Shown: one piece after another, positions 1 to 9,678 of the stretch | Layout of the letters: each line of letters starts with the position of its first letter | Numbering within the stretch: position 1 is the first letter of the stretch | Assembly: GCA_963663225.1 (NCBI GenBank) | Contig: OY760142.1 | Location: forward strand, 640,001-704,000 | Direction of reading: 5' to 3' | DNA: 64,000 nt | Source of the DNA: Nitrospirota bacterium | GTDB taxonomy: Bacteria; Nitrospirota; UBA9217 | Notes under the pieces: model-generated | What the model saw: only the letters and a program-made list of their open reading frames with translations | Database searches by the model: none | Told to the model about the DNA's origin: nothing | Translations under genes and position numbers: made by a program

Positions 1-1150
1 CTGTTCCGACTCCCTCCTGGTACCGCAGCCGCTGCAGCCGGAGGTTCTCCTCTGCCTGTGCCACCGATGTCTTCATGACCTCGATCCGCTGCTCCGAACT
101 CCGCAGATCCTGATGCGCGTTCTTTACATCCAGCCGGACCGCGTCAATGATCTTCTCTCTCGTGATCCGGAGCGAATGGAGTTCCGCTTTGCCCGCGGCC
201 ACCCTGGCACGGGTCCCTCCGCCGGACGACAGGTTGATGCTGATCCCGGCAAGCAAAGACCAGTTGTCCTGGTGCACGACGTATTGGTTCTCCTGGTACT
301 GGTATCCTCCCTGCAGGAAGAGGTTCGGCAGATATTCCGACCGGATGGACTTGATGCTTTCCTCCTGGCCTGAAATCCCGGCGTCTATTACCCCGATTTC
401 CGGACTCTCCGCCTCTGCCGTTGCCCAGGCCTGTTCGAGCGTTATGGCCGGTATCGGGCTTTTGGCGACCTCCTCCGGCTGTACCGGGTCATTTAACGGC
501 CGGAGCAGCTGGCTGTTCACCCGGGACGCCCGGAAGGACCGGAGGTTCTCTGCTAAAAGCAGCCGCTGGCGGGAATCCGCCAGCTTCACATCCGCTTCCA
601 GCACTTCGTTCCGGGTGACCACGCCCGCGCTATACCGCGCGTCGGCGTCTTTTTTGTGGCCTTCGTACCGCTGGACGTCTTCCCCGGCCACCTGGAGCAG
701 CTTGTCCGCTTCCAAAAGGTCATAATATGCAATGATAAAATCCAGGGCTGACCGGTTTGCGGCCCGCCGGGTCTCGATCTCTTTTGCTTTGAGTGCGTAT
801 TTTGCCGCGTCTATGGAAGAATAGGTCTTGCCGAAATCGTACAGTATCTGGGTGGCGCTCAGACCGTAGGCGTAATACCGGTCATTGGATGTGGGCATGG
901 TACCGAAGGGGGTTTTGGCCGCGGGCTGGTTTGCGAGCCACGTCTGGTTTGCGTAGACGTCGATCCTGGGAAACAGGCCGGAGCGCGCCGCCCATACGCT
1001 GCTCTGGGCAGACTCCTCGCGGGTCCGGGCTATCCGGATGTCCCGCCCCGTCTCCAACACAATCCGAAGACCCTCTCCCAAATTCAATGCCTCCGCTCCC
1101 AGTGGAAACAGAAAAACTATACATAGAAGTAAAAAAAATAGCTGCGGCAT
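1..1150 (-). CDS. TolC-family outer-membrane efflux protein (3' end runs off window)
   Basis: Absent from the ORF track because its stop lies outside the window. Manual translation from ATG at 1150 gives MPQLFFLLLCIVFLFPLGAEALNLGEGLRIVLETGRDIRIAR...ARSGLFPRIDVYANQTW...YGLSATQILYDFGKT, a signal peptide plus OEP/TolC-type motifs. Confidence 0.85.
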   Translation of the reverse strand, partial: MPQLFFLLLCIVFLFPLGAEALNLGEGLRIVLETGRDIRIARTREESAQSSVWAARSGLFPRIDVYANQTWLANQPAAKTPFGTMPTSNDRYYAYGLSATQILYDFGKTYSSIDAAKYALKAKEIETRRAANRSALDFIIAYYDLLEADKLLQVAGEDVQRYEGHKKDADARYSAGVVTRNEVLEADVKLADSRQRLLLAENLRSFRASRVNSQLLRPLNDPVQPEEVAKSPIPAITLEQAWATAEAESPEIGVIDAGISGQEESIKSIRSEYLPNLFLQGGYQYQENQYVVHQDNWSLLAGISINLSSGGGTRARVAAGKAELHSLRITREKIIDAVRLDVKNAHQDLRSSEQRIEVMKTSVAQAEENLRLQRLRYQEGVGT

Positions 1151-1325
1151 AAAGGGCCCTCGATAACAAGTAAAATGTAAGTAAGTACTATACTACACTA
1201 AAACAAGGGAAAAAAGTGAAGGTTCCGTCAACAATCATCACGTATATTCTGTGTATTTTTTCGCTTCACTCATCCACCCGGGCGGTTTATAGTGTCTCCA
1301 GCAGAGGTTGTGTAACGTGAAAAAC

Positions 1326-2252
1326 ATGCCGCTCGTAATTTCCGCCAGCAGAAGAACAGATATTCCGGCGTTTTATGCAGACTGGTTCGTAAACCGGCTG
1401 AAAGCAGGACGCGTTTTCGTTCTGAACCCGTACACGCACAAGCCGTTTTTGGTCTCGCTGCATCCCAAAGACGTCAGCGCAATCGTCTTCTGGTCAAAAA
1501 ACTATTTTCCTCTCCTGAATAAGCTGGAGGCTGTGGAACAGACAACAAAAAATCTGTTGTTTCATTTTAGCATAACCGCAAACAAAGAGCTGGAATCCGG
1601 CACTCCTGATATAAAAGACGCAGTGCGCGACTATCTGTTTCTTGCCAGGCGATATTCTCCAGAACAGGTCATCTGGCGGTATGATCCGGTCTGTATAACT
1701 GATGAACTGTCTTTTGCGGTATTTCAGGAACGGTTTGTTCACTGCGCTGAACTGCTGGGAGGATATGCAAAAAAAAGTTTCATAAGCTTTGCCCATCCTT
1801 ATAAGAAAGTCATCAGGAATCTGCATCAGCATTCCAAACAGACATTGGTTGATTTGTCCCAGGATAAAAAAAAGGAATACGCATTCCAGTTGGCGGAACT
1901 GGCAGAAAAGTGCGGCATCCGCCTTTTTGCCTGCTGCAATGATTATCTGGTTACCGGCCCCATACAAAAGGCCCGCTGTATAGACGGGCAGTATCTGTCC
2001 ACGCTCTTCCGGACTGCCATTGATACGCGCCCAGCCCATTCACGTAAAGAATGCACCTGTACAAGGAGCATGGATATCGGCGCATATGACACGTGCGCTC
2101 ACGGATGCTCGTACTGCTACGCGACCACGAACCACAAAAAAGCGGCTGACGTGCTTCGCCGGCATGATCCGGAATGGAATTCACTCACACGCCAAATCGA
2201 AGAATCCGAACTGCCAGCAATTGGTGAACAGACTATTCAATTTTTTCTGTAA
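1326..2252 (+). CDS. DUF1848 family protein (radical-SAM-like, C-terminal Cys cluster)
   Basis: N-terminal ISASRRTDIPAFY and C-terminal CxC...DIGAYDTCAHGCSYCYA are hallmark motifs. ATG at 1326 preferred over the upstream TTG at 1308. Confidence 0.85.
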   Translation: MPLVISASRRTDIPAFYADWFVNRLKAGRVFVLNPYTHKPFLVSLHPKDVSAIVFWSKNYFPLLNKLEAVEQTTKNLLFHFSITANKELESGTPDIKDAVRDYLFLARRYSPEQVIWRYDPVCITDELSFAVFQERFVHCAELLGGYAKKSFISFAHPYKKVIRNLHQHSKQTLVDLSQDKKKEYAFQLAELAEKCGIRLFACCNDYLVTGPIQKARCIDGQYLSTLFRTAIDTRPAHSRKECTCTRSMDIGAYDTCAHGCSYCYATTNHKKAADVLRRHDPEWNSLTRQIEESELPAIGEQTIQFFL

Positions 2253-2285
2253 GACATCCTATCCGAGCGTTTTTTAAACGGCATA

Positions 2286-2330
2286 AAATAGAAAGAGAGC
2301 AGGAACGGCATCCCTGCTCTCTTTCTATTT
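2286..2330. terminator. bidirectional intrinsic terminator
   Basis: Inverted repeat AAATAGAAAGAGAGCAGG...CCTGCTCTCTTTCTATTT between convergent genes. Confidence 0.8.
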
Positions 2331-2350
2331 ATATTTCTCTGGAAAAATGT

Positions 2351-3919
2351 TTATTTCAAAAGAGGCGGCACACTTGCCGGGAGGCGGCGAAGTTTTGTTG
2401 CCTGTTCAAATGAATAGGCCAGTTTGAAAAGAGTATCTTCGCTCCACGGCCTGCCGAAAAAGTCAAGTCCGATAGGAACGCCCAGCGGCGCGTTTTTCGT
2501 CGGCGACGAAAATCCCGCCGGAACGTCTATGGCGGGGAAACCCGTCAATGCGGCAAGGATTCCATTCCGATCCGCCTGGTTATACTCCCCGACCGGAACA
2601 ACAAGGCGTTTTTGCAGGGGATACACGATCGCGTCAAGCCGGTTGTCGGCCATCAGGCTCATGACTGTCTGCTGAAGCTTTGCATTCCGCAATAGCCGGT
2701 CTTTGTAATCAGGCTCATTGAGCGGGTTCTCAAAGTGCTGCGCGTCCGTCAGAAATTTTTCAAGAGTCGGCTTATGGTACGTGCCAACAGCAAGAAATTC
2801 CGCCAGGTTCTTGACTGGCGCTTTTGGGCCCAAACCCGTCAGATAATTGTTAAAAGCCGTCTTGAACTCATAGCGCTGGACATCGCCTTCCGCGTTTAGT
2901 TTGCCTGCATCGAAAGCGGGGTCGCTTATTTCAATGACGACCGCACCCTGTTTTTTCATGGTCTCGATCGCTTTTGCCATGACGCGGTTGACCTCTTCAT
3001 GCTCGGGTTTTGTTCCGAAAAGCGTTTTCAAAACCCCTATTCGCGCCCCTTTGAGTCCGTTCTTGTTTAAAGAAGCTGCATAGGATTTTGTCCGGCCGAT
3101 GCTCCAGGCAGTCACCGGATCTGCCGGATCATATCCCGTCATAACGTCCATCATCAGGGCTGCATCTTTTACCGTGCGGACGATGGGACCGGTTGCGTCC
3201 TGCCACATTGAAACAGGGATAACCCCCGCCCTGCTCAGCAGTCCTTTGGTGGGACGCACTCCTACGGCATTGCACGCTGATGCGGGAGACCGGATCGAAT
3301 TGACCGTATCGGAACCCATTCCCAGAGTGCCGAAATTCGCGGCAATAGCAGCTCCCGTTCCGCCGCTTGAGCCACCCGGCGTCCTGGTGAGATCGTATGG
3401 ATCAAGCGTCTGCCCTCCGAGCGAACTTACCGTCGTCCCGGACAGGGCCATCTCATGCATGTTGGCTTTTGCGAGAATTAACGCGCCTGCAGACTTCAGT
3501 TTTTTCACCAGAAAACCGTCTTCGAGTGGCACCGATTTCTCGAGGACTTTAGATCCATCGGTCGTCGGCATGTCAGCTGTATCATAATTGTCTTTCAAAA
3601 TAGTCGGAATGCAGTGTAACGGCCCAACGAACCCGGATTTCGCGTATGCCTTATCAAATCCGTCTGCAATTTCCAGCGCCTTCGGATTGACCAAAAGAAT
3701 AGAGTTAAGCGCGGGGCCCTTTTTGTCATAGGCGTCTATCCGGGCAAGATACATCTCTACAAGTCCGCGGCAGGTCAATTTCCCCGATTTCATTGCAGAA
3801 TGAATACCGGTAACAGTCGTTTCCTCCAGCGTAAACTTCCTGTCTTGCGCCACACTATTGAGAGCAAAAGCGAATAACAGTACAATGACAAATCCAAAAA
3901 TCAATTTTCTCTTACTCAT
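2351..3919 (-). CDS. amidase-signature family amidase, probably exported
   Basis: ILKDN (catalytic Lys), PGGSSGGTGAAIAA and GSDTVNSIRSP motifs, plus an N-terminal signal peptide MSKRKLIFGFVIVLLFAFALNSVAQ. An RBS (AAGGAG) precedes ATG 3919. Confidence 0.85.
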   Translation of the reverse strand: MSKRKLIFGFVIVLLFAFALNSVAQDRKFTLEETTVTGIHSAMKSGKLTCRGLVEMYLARIDAYDKKGPALNSILLVNPKALEIADGFDKAYAKSGFVGPLHCIPTILKDNYDTADMPTTDGSKVLEKSVPLEDGFLVKKLKSAGALILAKANMHEMALSGTTVSSLGGQTLDPYDLTRTPGGSSGGTGAAIAANFGTLGMGSDTVNSIRSPASACNAVGVRPTKGLLSRAGVIPVSMWQDATGPIVRTVKDAALMMDVMTGYDPADPVTAWSIGRTKSYAASLNKNGLKGARIGVLKTLFGTKPEHEEVNRVMAKAIETMKKQGAVVIEISDPAFDAGKLNAEGDVQRYEFKTAFNNYLTGLGPKAPVKNLAEFLAVGTYHKPTLEKFLTDAQHFENPLNEPDYKDRLLRNAKLQQTVMSLMADNRLDAIVYPLQKRLVVPVGEYNQADRNGILAALTGFPAIDVPAGFSSPTKNAPLGVPIGLDFFGRPWSEDTLFKLAYSFEQATKLRRLPASVPPLLK

Positions 3920-3994
3920 TGCAGACTCCTTCCTTTCTGGCAAAATTTCCGGACTTTCCCGAACAGAATCCAGGTTTTAGACAGAATAAGCGTG

Positions 3995-4726
3995 TCATTT
4001 CTTCAGAAACCTATTGATAAACAGAAAATGTTTCTCCATCATTTTTACCGCTAAATTTTCATCTCCTTTCATAAGCGCGTTATAAACGTTTTTATGAACC
4101 TCGATAAACTGCTTTCCGATGTTAGGAACGGACAAAACGCCCGCACGCCGCTCATAATGGCTGTGTCGCAAAAAAGCGTCAATGATCTCGTAAACAAACA
4201 CGAACAAATCATTATGCGTGGCGCGCATGATTGCGAGATGAAACTCAACGTCTGTTTCCACTCCCAACTGATTTCTCGTAAGGTTTTTGGGCATGCGCCC
4301 GATTATCTCTTTAATATAGGCCAGTTCCTGAGGGGTCGCCCGTTTGGTTGCGAGCCGTACGGCTTCGCACTCAAGCGTGAGCCGCAATTCCAGAATGTTC
4401 TCGGAAATGGTCGGTTTCAGCATCAGCATCAATTCAAAGAAAGAAGCGAGCGAGTGTACGTTCGGGGGAAGTATATACGATCCCTGCCCCGGCACACTGA
4501 CGATAATGCCGATCATTTCAAGAGCCCGCAAAGCCTCCCGGAGACTTGCACGGCTTACACCGATACGGCTTCCCAGTTCGCGTTCCGGCAGGAGCCGGTC
4601 TCCCGATTTCAAGCCGCCTTTCAGAATTTCTTCCTTAAAATGCCGCAGGATGGTATCGAATGGCTTCGACTTGATAAGTGCAAGTGAAAGGCTCGTTTTG
4701 TCTTTGTCTGTTTGCGGTCTGTTCAT
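3995..4726 (-). CDS. FadR/GntR-family transcriptional regulator (FCD domain)
   Basis: GDRLLPERELGSRIGVSRASLREAL winged HTH and DVEFHLAIMRATHN FCD motif. Confidence 0.9.
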   Translation of the reverse strand: MNRPQTDKDKTSLSLALIKSKPFDTILRHFKEEILKGGLKSGDRLLPERELGSRIGVSRASLREALRALEMIGIIVSVPGQGSYILPPNVHSLASFFELMLMLKPTISENILELRLTLECEAVRLATKRATPQELAYIKEIIGRMPKNLTRNQLGVETDVEFHLAIMRATHNDLFVFVYEIIDAFLRHSHYERRAGVLSVPNIGKQFIEVHKNVYNALMKGDENLAVKMMEKHFLFINRFLKK

Positions 4727-4735
4727 GGTTTATTG

Positions 4736-4753
4736 TGGTCTGCTCCTGGTCTG
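4736..4753. promoter_or_regulatory. putative FadR-type operator (TGGTCTG direct repeat, 11-bp period)
   Basis: TGGTCTG at 4736-4742 and 4747-4753, in the leader of the regulator and downstream of a TTGACA promoter on the minus strand. Resembles the TGGT-containing half-sites of FadR-subfamily regulators. Confidence 0.45.
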
Positions 4754-5085
4754 TTTTAGATACCATACTATGATGCCAATTACTCTGTCAAGCAGAAATA
4801 TTCTTCTCTTTCCGGAAAACTCTTCTCCAGTTGACAAGTTTCCAGGAATATCCTACATTATTAAAAATTACCAGCCGCGGCTTTCGCGAAAACCCAAAAA
4901 AAAAGGTTTTGTCATCAAGAGCACAGTGCAAAGAACCTGGCCGCTCCGATGCAACAGCTTATATTTTGTCGCGATTTTTTATATTGTCACCGGCCAGCCT
5001 CAGGATTAGCATGGCAATGCACACTGCGGAGAGCATTTTTTTACGTCTTAAGTAACTATAAAGCCAGGGTGGAGGAATTCGATAC

Positions 5086-5796
5086 ATGCAGGACAAAAGG
5101 CGACACAAACGGTTCAAAGTTGATCTGATGGAAATAAACGGCAAAATGAGCCTGGCAAACAGCGTGAAAATCATCGACATCAGCTATGGCGGCATCGCCA
5201 TTAAAGCGGACAGAAGGCTGAACATTTCCAAGGAAGTTGTCATCAAGCTCGGCGAAAAAGCAAAATCCATCGATGTTCGAGGCATTGTGGTCCGCTCCGA
5301 ACTGACCGGTATGGAGCCGCGGTCTGATGGAGAAAAGGTCTTGTTTTATACGGCAGGCATCATGTTCAAGGAAGGCCAGGCGAACATTATTGAGGATTTC
5401 CTCGGTTCGATCGAACAGCACAAGCATACAACCGTGCCGATCATGGTTGACCGCAGGTTGAGCATCCGGTTTCGTATCACCGATTCACACCAGAATATTT
5501 TAAGCTATCCCGCGCAGTTCAAGTTGACGGAAATCAGTCTGAGCGGCATGCGCATCCAGTCCGAGCAACCCTTGGACAAAGAAAGCCTGATCCCCATGGA
5601 ACTGTCCCTGAATGCAGACAGCTCCGTAACATTTATCGGCCGGGTCGCTTCCTGCACGATGATCAATACAGAAGGGCAGACGTATTACGAAACCGGTGTG
5701 GAATTCAGGAACCTGACCGATGAGGATACAGAGCTGCTCAAAATGTTTATAGACTACCTGGCGGATTCACAATCAGCGAGCACCGGAAGTCAATAA
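5086..5796 (+). CDS. tandem PilZ-domain protein (c-di-GMP receptor)
   Basis: Two RxxxR...D/ExSxxG motifs (DKRRHKRF...DISYGG and DRRLSIRF...EISLSG), with a GGAGG RBS. Confidence 0.85.
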   Translation: MQDKRRHKRFKVDLMEINGKMSLANSVKIIDISYGGIAIKADRRLNISKEVVIKLGEKAKSIDVRGIVVRSELTGMEPRSDGEKVLFYTAGIMFKEGQANIIEDFLGSIEQHKHTTVPIMVDRRLSIRFRITDSHQNILSYPAQFKLTEISLSGMRIQSEQPLDKESLIPMELSLNADSSVTFIGRVASCTMINTEGQTYYETGVEFRNLTDEDTELLKMFIDYLADSQSASTGSQ

Positions 5797-5872
5797 AAAA
5801 ACCGGATGCGGCGCTTCATGACACACCAACCCTTCGCATGCGCATCCGCTTCAATATTCCGGGCATACCCGT

Positions 5873-7060
5873 ATGAAAAAAATCTTTTTTGCCATTATAT
5901 TGCTTTTCGTGCTCATTTCCTGCACTTCAAAACCATTGCCGGTAACAGATCCGCGTGACGCGCTCACGCCTGTCTCCTGGTGGAAGGCGGCAGAGCCCGG
6001 CGATGATATGGTTTTCGAAGGCATGGCCGCCGCCATACGCCAGAACCTCGAATATTTAAAGAAACTCCCTCCGGATACCGTCATGCAGACCGGACAAGAA
6101 ATGTCCACGGCACTTGAAATGACGGTGACGCTTCAGAACTTTCTTCTGATCATTGAAAATGACTCTCTTTCCTATGGCCAGAAAATCGAGCACATCAAAA
6201 AAAATTTTATACCATATCAAGCGGCAGGCAAGGATGGGCGGGGAACGATGCAGTTTACCGGCTATTACGAACCGATGATTTCCTGCAGGCTGAGGTCGGA
6301 CGAGACATTCCGGTACCCGCTGTATAAAAAACCGGATGACATCATAGAGGTAGACCTCTCTCTTTTCGGCAACGGCTTTCCTCAGAATAAGCTTTTGGGC
6401 AGACTGGAAAACAAAAAAATCGTTCCCTATTACTCCCGCGATGACATCGACCAAAAAAAGGCCCTCTCCGGAAAGGACCTCGAACTGCTCTGGTGTAAGA
6501 ACCTCGTTGATATTTTTGTGTTGCAGGTCCAGGGGTCGGGCAGGGCCGATTTGGGAAACGGCACGGTCATAAGCGTGCTGTACAACGGACAAAACGGCAG
6601 GCCGTACAAAAGTATCGGCAAATACCTGATAGATTCCGGCGCTATAAGCAAAGAGAAGATGTCGATGCAGGCGATCCGCGCATATCTGCGCGACCATCCG
6701 GATGAAACGACCTCGATCCTTGGCCGGAATCCCAGTTATGTTTTCTTCCGGACGGACTCAGCACCGTCAATCGGCAGTATCGGCGTGCCGCTCACTCCCG
6801 GACGCTCCATTGCAACGGACAGCAGGCTTTTCCCGAAAGGCGCTCTCGGTTTTCTGGTTTCACAGAAGCCGGTCTTTGAAAACGGGACGATCATATCCTG
6901 GGCGCCGTTTACCCGGTTTGTGCTGAACCAGGACACCGGCGGTGCGATCAAAGGCGCGGGCAGAGCGGACCTGTTTTGGGGACAAGGACAGGAAGCGGAA
7001 CTCGGCGCCGGATCAATGCAGCATGAGGGAAAATTGTACTTTTTGATGCGGAAAAAATAA
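5873..7060 (+). CDS. mltA: membrane-bound lytic murein transglycosylase A (lipoprotein)
   Basis: Lipobox LISC, with FTGYYEP, LQVQGSG, NPSYVFF and QDTGGAIKGAGRADLFWG (3D domain) motifs. Confidence 0.93.
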   Translation: MKKIFFAIILLFVLISCTSKPLPVTDPRDALTPVSWWKAAEPGDDMVFEGMAAAIRQNLEYLKKLPPDTVMQTGQEMSTALEMTVTLQNFLLIIENDSLSYGQKIEHIKKNFIPYQAAGKDGRGTMQFTGYYEPMISCRLRSDETFRYPLYKKPDDIIEVDLSLFGNGFPQNKLLGRLENKKIVPYYSRDDIDQKKALSGKDLELLWCKNLVDIFVLQVQGSGRADLGNGTVISVLYNGQNGRPYKSIGKYLIDSGAISKEKMSMQAIRAYLRDHPDETTSILGRNPSYVFFRTDSAPSIGSIGVPLTPGRSIATDSRLFPKGALGFLVSQKPVFENGTIISWAPFTRFVLNQDTGGAIKGAGRADLFWGQGQEAELGAGSMQHEGKLYFLMRKK

Positions 7061-7298
7061 CGAAAGAGACAGCATAACCGCTGTGTGCACTAATAGCATC
7101 CGGTAGTTGTAATGTCATTTTCCACGTGGTCATGCGCGTGGATCTCCTGATAACCATCTGTTTCCCCTCTCTGGCGCTGCAACTGCCGGTCTTGTTCGTG
7201 TTGATGTAGTCGGAATATTATACTGTACATTTGTCATAACGACCGCAGCGTATTATCCCTCCCTGTTTTCTCCTGACGGACGCCGCTCTGTAGCAAAA

Positions 7299-7643
7299 CT
7301 ACTTTTCCTGCGTAAGTGAATAATGCGGATCATGAATGGATTCGCTGCGGCAGACCGGACACCTCCCCGGTTTTTTGAGCCGTTCCCGTTTCTGAAAAAG
7401 AAATCCGCACTTCACGCATTCCGCAGGCTGTATTGCAAGGCGTCTGCCGGTATGATGGAGCATCGCACGGATATGCTCCAGATGTTCGTATATATCTTTC
7501 TCCGGAACGCCGATTCTGCCGGAAAGCTCCAATGCCGACACAGGCCCTTCTTGCAGTTCAACAAGCAGCTTGCGTCGGATGGTATCGCTTGCGGCAACGG
7601 GTGAGCGCAATCCTGATTCATGCTTTTTTTTAACGTTGTCCAT
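7299..7643 (-). CDS. HTH plus Zn-ribbon transcriptional regulator (COG3357-like)
   Basis: wHTH (SALELSGRIGVPEKDIYEHLEHI) followed by CVKCG...RCPVCRSESI. Confidence 0.8.
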   Translation of the reverse strand: MDNVKKKHESGLRSPVAASDTIRRKLLVELQEGPVSALELSGRIGVPEKDIYEHLEHIRAMLHHTGRRLAIQPAECVKCGFLFQKRERLKKPGRCPVCRSESIHDPHYSLTQEK

Positions 7644-7770
7644 GGAGAAAGCATATCCTGTCTTCGTATTTTAGTCCAGAGAAAGCAACTGCACGACGGA
7701 CAGTGATCCTCTGGTCTTCCGGGATTTCGGACCGTTGACAAGCTCCTGCACTTCTTGTAGTATACGGTCA

Positions 7771-7920
7771 CTTGTTCTCAGGGCGGGGTGAAATTCCCCA
7801 CCGGCGGTGTCCCGCGTTTCGGCGGGGAGCCCGCGAGCGCTCCTTCCATGCAGGAAGGAGGTCAGCAGATCTGGTGAAAAGCCAGAGCCGACGGTCACAG
7901 TCCGGATGAAAGAGGACAAG
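7771..7920 (+). ncRNA. FMN riboswitch (RFN element)
   Basis: Canonical segments CAGGGCGGGGTGAAATTCCCCACCGGCGGT, AGCCCGCGAGCG, GCAGATCTGGTGAAAAGCCAGAGCCGACGGTCACAGTCCGGATGAAAGAGG. P1 is CTTGTTCTC/GAGGACAAG. It lies upstream of ribB and after a TTGACA-17-TAGTAT promoter. Confidence 0.97.
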
Positions 7921-8033
7921 GCGGTTGCCTGTCACAGACGGCATGCCTTGCACACGGTTGCCCTCACGCGTGGGGGAAACTGCCTGCCCTTCGCCCTGGT
8001 TCTGGTACATAATACTACAACAGGAGGATTACC

Positions 8034-8741
8034 ATGAATCAGAATCTGCTTGCGCAATTCGGAGATGCCGAACAACGCGTACAGAAAGCCTTGGACTCAC
8101 TTCGTAAAGGCAGCGGCGTGCTGGTCGTTGACGATGAACAGCGCGAAAATGAAGGCGATTTGATTTTTGCCGCCGAGTTTCTTACCAAACCCCAGATGGC
8201 CATGATGATCCGCGAATGCAGCGGCATCGTATGCCTCTGCCTGCCGGGAGAAAAAGTGCGGTCACTTGCCCTGCCCATGATGGTGAGCAATAATTCCAGC
8301 CGCTATCAAACGGCATTCACGGTTTCCATCGAAGCAGCCCGGGGAGTCACAACCGGCGTATCGGCAGCCGACCGTGTTACAACAATTCGAACAGCCATTG
8401 CCGACAACGCGCAGCCGGGTGACCTTAACCGGCCGGGTCATATATTCCCGCTCAGCGCCAGACCCGGCGGGGTCCTCGAACGCCCCGGCCATACGGAAGC
8501 AACCGTAGACCTGATGCGTCTTGCCGGATTGAAACCATACGGGGTGCTCTGCGAGCTCACAAACCCGGATGGCAGCATGGCCCGTCTGCCGGAAATCGTT
8601 AGCTTCGCCAAAAAGCACTCCATGGCCCTGCTCTCCGTGGAAGATTTGATAACCTACCGCCGCACGCAGGACGTGGTGCCAGTCTGTTCACTCACCCAAA
8701 ACGCATCGGCTCGCAATTTCAACCACGAGGACATAGGGTGA
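8034..8741 (+). CDS. ribB: 3,4-dihydroxy-2-butanone-4-phosphate synthase
   Basis: [29 protein letters not shown] and [11 protein letters not shown] motifs, under FMN riboswitch control. Confidence 0.95.
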   Translation: MNQNLLAQFGDAEQRVQKALDSLRKGSGVLVVDDEQRENEGDLIFAAEFLTKPQMAMMIRECSGIVCLCLPGEKVRSLALPMMVSNNSSRYQTAFTVSIEAARGVTTGVSAADRVTTIRTAIADNAQPGDLNRPGHIFPLSARPGGVLERPGHTEATVDLMRLAGLKPYGVLCELTNPDGSMARLPEIVSFAKKHSMALLSVEDLITYRRTQDVVPVCSLTQNASARNFNHEDIG

Positions 8742-8850
8742 CCGCCGCGAAGAGCGCGCCTTGACAACCCTGGAAGAAAAGAGTAACATACGCCGTTCTC
8801 GAAAGAATACGAACGTATTAAGGACGTAGAAAAAAGGAACGCACATAACC

Positions 8851-9555
8851 ATGACAACAGGAACAAGAGACCGTTTTGTACATAAAATTTTTACCACGGT
8901 GGCGCCGTATGTGGATTTGCTGACCCGCAGCTTCAGCCTCGGAATGGACCACTATTGGCGGAAACGCGCAGTGGCCATATCAGGCATAAAACGGGGAGAC
9001 CGCGTGCTCGACGTATGCGCGGGTACGGGAGAACTCTCCTTTATTCTTGCACGCACCGTGGGAAACGAAGGCTCCATTGTAGGGTCCGATTTCTGCGAAA
9101 ACATGCTCGAACTTGCGCGGAAGAAACAGGGTGACAAGTACGCCAACATCACGTTTTTGTTTGCCGACACGAAGAAAGTCCCCTTCCCAGACAATAGTTT
9201 TGATGCGGTAACCGTTGCCTTCGGAATGCGGAATATTCCGGACACCATTCTCGCGCTGAAGGAAATCCGCAGAGTGCTGAAGCCCGGAGGAAAATTTCTC
9301 TGCCTTGAGCTGACCAGACCGCAGAACCGCTGGTTTCTCGCAATTTATAAATGGTATATTTTTCGGATCATGCCGTTCATCAGCAATCTTGTGATGAAAA
9401 CAGCCGAGCCGTTTCTCTATCTTCCCCGCTCGATCGAGGAATTCTACCAGCCGCCGGTGTTTCGCGAGATCATCATGAAGAACGGCTTTGCCGACGTGCG
9501 CGTGAACTCCATGACCATGGGAATCGCAACGATATACCGGGCCTGCAAACCGTAG
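8851..9555 (+). CDS. ubiE: UbiE/MenG demethylmenaquinone methyltransferase
   Basis: VLDVCAGTGE SAM motif, FDAVTVAFGMRN and RVLKPGG. Confidence 0.85.
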   Translation: MTTGTRDRFVHKIFTTVAPYVDLLTRSFSLGMDHYWRKRAVAISGIKRGDRVLDVCAGTGELSFILARTVGNEGSIVGSDFCENMLELARKKQGDKYANITFLFADTKKVPFPDNSFDAVTVAFGMRNIPDTILALKEIRRVLKPGGKFLCLELTRPQNRWFLAIYKWYIFRIMPFISNLVMKTAEPFLYLPRSIEEFYQPPVFREIIMKNGFADVRVNSMTMGIATIYRACKP

Positions 9556-9596
9556 CATCCAGGGCTCTCCCCATTGCTGTTTTGCTGCCAGATGAA

Positions 9597-9635
9597 AAAT
9601 AAAAGCCACCGGTTATTATCGGTGGCTTTTTTATT
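9597..9635. terminator. bidirectional intrinsic terminator
   Basis: AATAAAAGCCACCG...CGGTGGCTTTTTTATT between convergent ubiE and ntrC. Confidence 0.8.
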
Positions 9636-9678
9636 GCCGTGCTTCGAAAGACTACGACGGCACAACGTCAAACCGCGA

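Noticed and set aside
882-1169. 95-aa minus-strand ORF or frameshifted TolC start
   Set aside because: It is an out-of-frame shadow. The real TolC frame starts at ATG 1150 and reads through the A8 run in frame.
4915-4960. c-di-GMP-I (GEMM) riboswitch before the PilZ gene
   Set aside because: GCACAGTGCAAAG only loosely resembles the start of the motif. The GAAA tetraloop stem and GACGCAAAG/receptor elements are absent.
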